In this document: positions 54,095-64,000 of the stretch, piece after piece
How the letters are laid out: every line of letters starts with the position of its first letter
Position numbering within the stretch: the first letter of the stretch is position 1
NCBI GenBank assembly: GCA_002633005.1
Contig: NMRA01000096.1
Location: 823,691-887,690, forward strand
DNA: 64,000 nt
Direction of reading: 5' to 3'
Source of the DNA: Phoronis australis
Lineage: Eukaryota; Animalia; Phoronida
The notes under the pieces: generated by a model
The model's input: only the letters and a program-made list of their open reading frames with translations
What the model was told of the DNA's origin: nothing
The model's database searches: none
Translations under genes and position numbers: made by a program

Positions 54095-57000
54095 TTCCCA
54101 CAATTTTTAGAATTCGGAGGGCTCCGACAGTCTCAATGCACAATCTCATAATACACAATGGTAATCCCATGCAAATAATTAGTGGCTTTACCCCGAAAAA
54201 TCATACTTTTGTGTATTTTGGCTTATTTCTTAAATAATTCTCTGCACTCGCAGTAGTCGTAAAAAGATGGAGAAATTAAATTTGAAATCAGTTTGTACTG
54301 GGCTTTGTAAAGTCGTTGACTGTTCGTATATCTATCCTGAGCCATAGGCAGAGACTGGAGGCTCTAATCACATGCAGCCGTGACCAATACATGATGAATT
54401 ATCCACCAGAGGCAAATTCGGATGTTTGGTGATGATTCATCTGCTACTAATATGATGCGATTTGGACCCACAAATAGGAGTAGCACTACACAGCCAAATC
54501 ACATTTTACAGGTCTTTGATTTTTTTTCCGATTCAAGTAACCCCTGAAACAGTTTAGAACTTCATTTTTACAACATCAAATGTTTGGATTAATCCCTGTG
54601 CTCTGACAACAGTTGCACGCCATTGTATACTCCCACCGAGTTGAGAAAGATTGCGGTTGACCAGGTCAAGTAACAGTCATTTAAGTGCTTAGTAGTTAAC
54701 AGTGCTACGTAAATCTGACCTAATTATTATAATCATTTTTTTTATTTTTGGCTTTGACAATGAGTTGCATCCATCGAACACTCACCTTGTTACAGGCGGG
54801 AGTAATGTAAACACCACATTTCATTATCAGTGTTTAGGAACAATGCACTTGGCGCAGCGCAGCAATTAAACATAACTGGCGGATAACTATGAATGTTTTG
54901 TACAACCTAGCCCTGACGCCAATGGAGTTTTACTGTTGCATAGTGAGTCGCAATTAAGACAAAAATTGTAAAGCTGAGTGAGGCACTACAAATTGTTCTT
55001 CACATACAAGACTCAGGTGAGCATCATTGAAGCCGCCCTACTTTTCGAAAACTACATCAATCGTAAATGCAAAACAAGAGTGGACAATGCTGGTGCATAT
55101 AACTCTACCAATCTTATCCATACTCAAAACTTAAGCTACCAAGTACCAGCAATTCTCACAACCTACAATAGCAGTGTTTATTATGTTTCTTTCTTTAAAT
55201 TTGACAAAAAGTTAAAACCAGTATATTAGGTTTATGCTGAAATATTTTACAACCTAAGGCACAACCATATCAGCTGTCACTGTTTTGCTGAGATTCTACA
55301 CATGCCCTCTGAATACTAAACACCAGTGATATGGTTACCCTTCTTGATAAGGGGAATAAAAAAAACCCAGTCTGCCACAGCTGCAACTGATAACACAAAA
55401 AACACAACTCCAAGCTTCACATTCAGGCTGGAGACAGTCAGAAAAGGGAAATTTCAAAATCGAATAAACATGGCCTATAATGTCCAGGAAATTACGGCAG
55501 AGGTCATTCGACCATTAGTCGGTTCCCACTCGGTAAAATTCCGCGCTTCCAAAAATCGTAATTTGGACCACCTGATAAACAAAGCGTTTCTAGACTCTAA
55601 ACAAGAAAAATGCCTGATTTCACTATCCACCAGTGAGAAAGTTTAGTATGAAAGTTAACTTCAACTGAAGAGTTAACTTTACTCTCAAGCTGTGGATTTA
55701 AACCCGAAGTTAACACAACGTAAAACTTCGTTCCTGCCAGGGTCACCACAAGGGGTCACTGCTCACGATCACACGATCAAGCTACAATACTGCTTCAATA
55801 AATTCGCACTATACTTTTGTTGCATTCTATACAGGTTTTTATAGCAATGTTGACGCATCAACGTTTTCAAGAGTGCCAGTTAAATTTGGACCAGGATTGA
55901 AGTCAACAGTGTAAACTTTGGTGTTGTCAGAGCGTAACTGTCAGGTGGCGCTGTCAATAACAGCGCGTATCAATACAGAAGTGCTTTCAATAGAAGTTAA
56001 GTTTCTGAACACACTTGGAGGATAAATGTGTCAAACTTAATAAAATTCGAGATCCACAATAGACTCAAATAAAACTATTATCTCTGAAACTGAATTAAGA
56101 CACATTTAAGATAATTTTCCAAGAGTGAAGTCAAGCCAAACCCATTTCTCAAACATAATTTCTCAAAATGAAGCTGGGGATGGACTAACAAAAAGAAATA
56201 GTATAGTTTTATTGCACAAAGAGAATTGTCATTTTTCCCCATATCTTGCAGGTTGACTACAGTACATTAAATAATCCAGAGTTTGTCCAAGTATGACAGC
56301 AACACAGTGTCACACTAAACCAGGTATGAGCTAGTGATGAGCTAGTGATGAGCAACTGATGAGCTACTGATGAGACACAAGTTTTTACTTCTCTTTAGAA
56401 TTATAACAAGACAAGGATCATCATTAATTACTAGAACAGTGACGTTCATAAAACATTCCCGTTCATAAAACATTCCCGCTGACTCACTTAAACATAACAC
56501 ATCACTGCCACAGCATTCTTTCAGTAGAGACAATGCAGTATTGTCAACCCGGCTCAAACAAACCATTGTCTTGTCAACCGATCTGAGCCAATTTCAGAGT
56601 ACAGTTCATGTTTAATGAATCCAACATCACCCTTCATCAAGTCATTATGGTGAAATGATTTTATCATTATTTATTATACAGCAGAAATAACAATGGCTTT
56701 TTCCTAATCTGAAACCACCAGTGTTGTACTTGCTGATTATTCCTCTTTATAAAGAGGAGATGACAGAAGTACACTTTTTTAAGGGCAGGAACTGTGAAAT
56801 TGATGACTGTGCAGGTGATCAATTCTCGCAGTCCATTTCAAAATCCGGAAATTGATTATGCTGGAAATAATGTACTCTCGACAAGTATATCGATGAACCC
56901 TAAAATGCGGCCAGTTGTAAAGATATTTAAAGGAATTAATCAATAACGGCAATTGAAAGTCCCAAAAATATTTTCATTTTTGAAAATATTTTTGGAGAAA

Positions 57001-59303
57001 CTATTGATTAATCTGAAATTAATGAAATAGTCACGGAGATTAAGAGTATCTATTATGTTGAAATTCGCTACATTTATTACACACAGACAGGTCTTCTTCT
57101 GTGCTCTTCTTTTATCTATCTCTTTCGCATTAGCATTGTTCATTGTCGTACACAGAGCGACAACTTCCACTTTACCCTAGTTATTAGATGCTCCACTTAA
57201 AGTGGGACAAGTCACACTTACTAGTGCAAGATTTTCCATGTTAAGTGTTTGTCTGTATGTGCACAGGACTATAGAACCTCATGTGTGTCCCCAAAATGGT
57301 TACCTTTTTGAAAGATAACTGATTAAAAAAATTTCTATGTTTGTACACTACAATACATGTACTGGCTTTCAGTTCAAAGCATTATGTAAATGCTATTTTC
57401 CAAGATAAGGTCAAATCATCATTTGCAAAAACAATACGAAAAAACTGCAACCCTCATGCTCCTGATGAAAAGTATTAATTTATTACAGGAAACGATCTAC
57501 AGTAAATTACACAGGGCACATTACTAAACAACTGTTGGTACTAAAATTACAAAGCAAACATGGGATGTGAAGAGATTAACACAGCCCCCATAGAGACAGG
57601 TGATGAAGTGGAATGGTTTATTTTGTTATCTTTTGCAGTTTTGAAACTGATGCAACAACTGACAAGTCACTAAACATGCGTATTACATCGGTGACCACAT
57701 GATAGACATGACTGTGAGAAAAAGCTGACTAGCATTCTCTGAAATCTTCCGCTGAAAAAATGAATCTTCCCTCAAGTTACGTAAATTACCTACACTCTGC
57801 ACTTCCGGAAACAGATAGAGTCGATGCAAATTGCGAAGTTACGTAGCTGAACCTTTCAGACCAGCTTTGGTAGTTAGCAGACACCGAAGTCATTGCTGAT
57901 TGATTTGTGTGCCAAGGCTGTCATAAGATGGCACTCAGAAAATCTTGCGCAGGGCATATTTTTTTCAAATAATTTGAAGTATCTTATACATAGTCGGATG
58001 ATGGATAAAATGAAATGTTTATACTGGTAGAAAGGTAACATTAGAAACAAACTACCACAACATGTGGTTATTAACACTGGTACCTGCCGATAACTCCAAT
58101 GATACCGAAATTAACCATTCATACCACAACGAAGCACGCATTAACAGTCAAGTTAAGCTGCACTGTTACCTTCGATCCACAACCAAAATTCACCCTTCAG
58201 TGCTCTCCACAACTCCTCGTGGTAATAAGTTAGGAATTTGCCACGGCAGTTTGGCACACCTGCATTGAACTTGAAAATTTCTTATGTTTGGTACTAGTAC
58301 AGTGCACTGATTCTCAGGCTTATTTACAAACCCATCAAAAAGTATGGACATGAACTTTTGAACATGTTCGTGAACTGTGTAAGTCCTACAGACTTTAAAT
58401 TTCTTCTATGGAGAATACCACGCAGAAGTCTTGTCCTGCGATACTCAGTAAAATGTCACCAATTTCGGATAAAAATGCTTACAAAAATTGCAAGCTCTAC
58501 ATTTTTCAATATATTCTGTTGTGAATGGCCACAATTTCTCAAAACATTGACTGATGGTAGCTGCGATTCAGAACATAGAAATGGAGAAGCATTTACTTGG
58601 TGAAACTTTCAAGGAGAAAATTAAGAAAATTAATAACATTTCACTTGTCTGCCATACTGTGTCCTAAATTTGTCAGATTTTAAAGTATTAACGCGATTAA
58701 TCTAAATTGTACATTCTTTCCTTGCGTCATGAGACACATTAGGATAAAAATTCTCCAGTTCGGGCCGTATCTAAAATGTGAAGCACCCGAGTTCAAGATG
58801 AAATTTTCTTGATTCTGAAGACTGGGACATGGGGGATTTTGGCATACATATTTTGTGTGATAAGACACTGCATTTGGTATGGACAGTAAGAAAAAAGATT
58901 AGGCAGCTCATGAAATTGTGTTAAATAGCCGCGACACCTGGATTCCAATAAATGACAATGAGGTGAATGTTTGTTGTTGAAAGATGCCCTGCCACCAATA
59001 CTGCCCACTGGTACAAGCTCTGGCCTTGAGCAATGTATGGTAATTAACTCTTCATTGCCTAAACTGAAGAACATCAATCGAAACTATTGTCCCCACAGCA
59101 AGAAACAACATATTTTAACCAGTGGAAAATCCCAACAAGCCATTAGTATAATTTGCACCTTTGACAAAAATATTCCTGTCCACTAAATAAACAGCTAAGG
59201 TGTGAAGTGTTTAACATTAGACTGTAGCAACATTTATTGTGTCAATATTATGTTTCGCGGGAGTTGTATTTATGCAGTCATTTTATGCAACTGGTATATA
59301 ACT

Positions 59304-59755
59304 CAAGGTACCTAAACTACACGGTCAACGGACTAATAAACACAGGGCACGGACACATGAACACGACTCACAGACCTACAAACACCGTCCACTGACTCAC
59401 AAACACGGGAACAAACTCACAAAACACAGTCCACGCACCCAAATACACGAGACACGGACTCATATTCCCGAGGAAACACGGTTAACGGACCGCCAACCAC
59501 AGGTCACGAACAAAATGGAAATGTCAGCTGACCTAGGAAGCCGATGAGTCTGTGACCCGTGTTTGGCGGTCCATTAACCGTGTTTCCTCGTGAATATGAG
59601 TCCGTGTCCCGTGTCTTTGGGTGCGTGGATCGTGTTTTGTAAGTCCGTTCCTGTGTTTGTGAGTCAGTGGACGGTGTTTGCAGGTCCGTGAGTCATGTTC
59701 ACGCGTCCGTGCCCCGTGTTTTGGAGTCCATTGACCGCGTAGTTTAGGTACCTTG
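59304..59755. mobile_element. Foldback/MITE element with ~204-bp inverted arms and 5-bp TSD
   Basis: Arms 59304-59507 and 59552-59755 (termini CAAGGTACCTAAACTAC / GTAGTTTAGGTACCTTG), 44-bp spacer, flanked by TAACT on both sides. Confidence 0.88.
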
Positions 59756-61325
59756 TAACTGAGCAGACCTGTAGGAGTAGAGATGGAAGTACTCTCAAAG
59801 ACAGTAATACACTGGGGAAATAGGATTCCTCTCCACAACTGAAAACACAAATGTGATGGAAGCGCGCAAATGCCAACAAAGCAGCTGAAAGCGCTCTCCA
59901 TAGTGCAGATGTACTTGGCGTAGCAATATCTTGAGTGCACATACACCCGCCATCTTGTCCAGCATACTTAAACAGTAATCCACAGCAGCAACAATGTTTA
60001 TTCAACCTGTTTTATATCAAAAGGGATTACACCGTATTTACATATTGATATCAATTTTTTAATTCCAAGCACTACCTAACTGTTTATACAAGCGTAAGTC
60101 CAAACGCGTTGGGGCCATTCAAGCATGTCCCAAGTGCGGGTAAACAGGTAGTCGCAAAAAACGTTAAAACATTTCCTGGAGAACACCGAAAAGCATAAAC
60201 ACCCATGCTCAACCAAATGCCACCCTTTAAAAACTCTCACGAAAAATGCCCCAGTAAATGATTCACAATGAAAGCTCAACAATATCAGCCAAAAACAATG
60301 GTCAAAACTGACCTCTCTGTTAACTTTTCAAAGGCTTGTTACATGGATTTGCATAATTATTATTTCTTGAACATTTGTCTGATAGAATTAAGTGCTACCC
60401 ATCTTTGGGACACAAATCGGTGAAAAGTTACTATTGCTAATCTATGGTTGAGAAGTAGCTAACATCAATGGAAACTACCTAAACACTTACAAACTTGATT
60501 GTTAGGTTAATGCCGACCACTGACTTCTCTATTAAAATTGTATTTTTTATCTTTCAAAGTCTTAAGACCTCTCCAAACACTCCCGATTTTTTTAGAATGC
60601 CTACCACTGACTTTTCTACTGAAATTCTATTTTTAAAGTTTCAAAGTCTTACGACCTAGAATACGATTCTGAACTCAAGTTTTGGACCACAATCTACATA
60701 CTGCACACTCTAATCACGCACTATTTCAATTTTGGTTTGAAAAATCCTGTCAAAACACTCTGGTTAGTGGTACATGAGAGTTGTATACAGAAATCAGTGA
60801 GTGTAGAGGGCTTTAACCTAAACCAACCTAGTAACATGTAACAGCCAGCCAATAAAAATACCACACAGAGAACATATCAAATTTTATGAGGTGCTTATTG
60901 CTATATAAACACACCGCATAAATCTGCTGAATCATACCATATTTCAAGTCACCTAATACAACAGTGCATGAAACACGTTCAACCTTTAACTGTACATGAA
61001 CCTACGATGAAAAAATCATGTAAATGAGAAAAGTCCAGGCTAGCAGTTGTTGACCTTTAGTGTCACTCCTCAATGAACAAGTAACTAAGAGATTTATCAA
61101 TAATGTCTTGATCACAGTTCATCACCTCTAGAAATAATAACCATCCGTGAGCAACGGGAGACCTATCAGCCACTTTCTAATATCATTCACAGTTCACCTT
61201 GTGACAGGCGAGTAATTATGAGAACATGAATAGTCCTCAAGTTCTGTTGGAAGGCATTCTGTAGACGCAAGACATTAACCATGCGCTTGGGTTGAGAAAT
61301 CCTTGCATATAGAACCGAAACAGTT

Positions 61326-61427
61326 AATTCTATCCCACAATTCATGAATTGTATCCCATAATTCATGAATTCTATCCCATAATTCATGAATTCTATCCCA
61401 TAATTCATGAATTCTATCCCATAATTC
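61326..61427. repeat. 21-bp minisatellite (aattctatcccataattcatg), about 5 copies
   Basis: Directly visible; explains the NYGIEFM/YPIIHEF ORFs. Confidence 0.95.
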
Positions 61428-63292
61428 AACATTCCCACTTTGCTGACTACCGCATAATTTTAGTGGCTGCCATTTTGCTAGATTACGCTACCAAGGTCAG
61501 GAGCCTACAAGCGAAACACTCGGCTTTCAGTTGCATGACTTTACCGGTTCTAGCATGATCTTGCATTTTGACGAGATTCAACAGAACACATCCCTGGTAA
61601 ATGTTAAATCCTTCGATTTCAAACTAATGACCTATCACCTGAATGCAATGTGGTGGGAAACAGCAGCAAAAGTTCACGTATGAAATGAACACCCCGAAAA
61701 AATTGATTAAACTACGATAAAATGTCGCCAATTTATGACACAATATGGCCAATAGCTAAAATTGTATTTTCTCATTTTCTTCATATAAATAATAGTACAA
61801 AATTAATGCTTTACTATGTTCAAGTTTTGTACGATATTAACCAACGAGCAAAATTTTGCGAACTTCTCGGCACTCACAACAGCATAAGATGATCTTGATA
61901 AAAGGTTTAATTTTGGCAATTATTTTTGTTCAAAATTGATTAGATTTTGCCATACTTCATCAAACTGTGAAAATTAGTATTCAGCATATCTACAAAACAT
62001 GGAAAAGGCTTTGTTCCATTCCACACTTCCCTGACACTTCAACATGGAACAAACTGACCAACACATCAGCAAGGTGACCCATCTTTTTTATTCAGGAATC
62101 GTGCTTGGGCAGCAAAGACTTAAATAAGAAACAGTTTTGCGCAGGTATATCACAAACAAAGGTCCGCTATTGATGCGATTGCGCCAACCTAATAGCATTG
62201 CACTGAATTACCACACTGTAACCTTACATTCAACATCACAAACCCACATCTGTCAGGAGGACACTCCACAATCGTCCCTCAGTTTTGCATCAGTGTGTTA
62301 GGCTATGTATTCCCTAACAAAGAGTGAGAATGTGCACTATGTAACATAAAGGGGAAGTGGAAAATGATTTAATTCTTACACTGAGAATAATCAATGAACC
62401 CAACACCAGCTTCATCATTTTCATCTGAACTGATTGAACAAAATGCTATTTCACACTTGATAGCACCTGTTACTGCCTCAGCACACAGGGAGGCCTGCCC
62501 AACCTAGATGGAGTATATGCTTTTGAAAACCTTCAAACGCATTCAGATTGATGGACCACCAGTGGGAGACCACCACTCCAGGTCATTAGATGCACCTACT
62601 AATAGCCTAAATCAATAATCACAGGACAGCAAACTCACAAATTACAGGCACGCTTTACTTTGCCATTTTCCCTCAGCACAACATCTCTATAGGATCTCTA
62701 CACGTACTATGCCTTTGGCATTTTAATTGTGAATAACAAACAGTCTCAACACTAGGACATAACAGAGTTGTATAAACATGTGTGGACAACCTAAGTCAAC
62801 AACATGTGTTGTTTGAAGACCAGTTGGAGAACAGGCATGCCAGACATGCAGCAAAAATCAGGCAATTTACAGTACTTACATACTAGAATAACAAAGTCAA
62901 ATAGGTCAACTGCCATCCAGAGGCAAAATTAAAACCTGGATGGATCGGACTGGACAAAACAGTAAAGTAGACACCTGTATTTCATAACTGTAACAATGCA
63001 TGATCCACACTGGAATTTCGTTGATTTGTTATGTCTGACATTAGAACATTGTTTTAGAACTCAAGAAGACCACCACAGCTCTGTCCAGATGTAAGTTGTA
63101 CCTACCTGGGGTAACTTCAGCTGGTTTAGTGGGCTTTAGAATGAGGGCAGCAAAATGCCAGTTATTTAAAACTGACCACAAAGTAATAGCTATTTTTAAC
63201 AACTGTTGTACAAAATATTCACACTCGACAGGAACTGCAAAATTCATGAACATTCTGTGACTATGTGGTGAAAAGAGTACGTTGAGACTGAG

Positions 63293-64000
63293 AACAAGAG
63301 TAACGCAGAGCGTTGAAATGCGCCCACAATTGCACCGTATATGGTATCCTTCTAGGGTTGTTTATTGGTACCATAAAGTGGCCAGTAGAGGGCATATATG
63401 TAGTATGTTGTACTTTGCAAAATGGAAAGGCATGGTCATTGTCTCCTCAATAGGCTAGGTTTCAAAATGTGAGTGATCTTCATAATACAGGCACATCCTA
63501 TGCATCAGTTGCTTAAAGCACCACAGAAACGTAGAATTAAAAACAAATTTACCAACATACGAGATTAGCACAGCATTAGAATGCCAGAAACAAATTTCTA
63601 CTTGGAACTTTTCCTTCATAGTCACGAAGTAACACAAAGTATACACCTGAAGACCTATGAAAATACAGAGGTCAATGTAAAATACTAAAATTGCCACTAG
63701 AGGCAAATACTAAAATTGCCACTAGAGGCATACCGGTAATCAGAATCATCCTAAAGTCGTCATCGTCCGTTGTCAACATCACATAAATACACTTGCTAAA
63801 TTTAGTAAAGATCCTGCAAACGGTTTGGGAGATACAGCCATGGGCGCAAAAAAACAAAACTGCCACTAGGAGGCGCCACAGTAGTCCAAATCGTCTGAAA
63901 ATCATTGTCAGCTGTCTTCCTTATAGTAAGCACATACACGCCAATTTTCACAATCATCCTTTGAGCGGTTTGGTTGATAGAGGGGTGGACGCAAAAATAC
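63293..64000 (-). mobile_element. Third copy of the Helentron-type element, cut by the window end
   Basis: acaagagtaacgcagagcgttgaaatgcgccc start; 63680-64000 closely matches the unit at 1640-1930; unrelated insert at about 63455-63645. Confidence 0.72.

Noticed and set aside
59533-60005. 137-aa and 113-aa ORFs
   Set aside because: Largely overlap the foldback arm with 21-bp periodicity; no recognisable domain or transposase motif.
61187-61558. ORFs with NYGIEFM / YPIIHEF repeats
   Set aside because: Products of a 21-bp minisatellite.

Overview
AT-rich animal genomic DNA, inferred to be a marine invertebrate, with three assembly gaps. It is dominated by one minus-strand multi-exon gene encoding a SIPA1L/SPAR-family Rap GTPase-activating protein. 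I reconstructed 20 phase-consistent GT-AG coding exons from ATG 37908 down to 6837 (4121 nt, about 1373 codons). They cover the N-terminal region, the RapGAP domain with KRHIGND, a PDZ domain and the start of the SPAR C-terminal region; no further exon was recognised, so the gene probably continues past the window start. The rest is intron or upstream sequence rich in non-autonomous transposons (Helentron-type elements, a foldback element with a 5-bp TSD, MITEs, SINE/tRNA-like remnants) and minisatellites. Notable points are Helentron-type elements carrying co-oriented CTCF-like motifs every ~145 bp, a duplicated 58-nt candidate poison exon just before the catalytic exon, four upstream ATGs, and a 2-kb tandem duplication joined by a single N that is probably two alleles. 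No prokaryotic, CRISPR or autonomous transposase system is visible.
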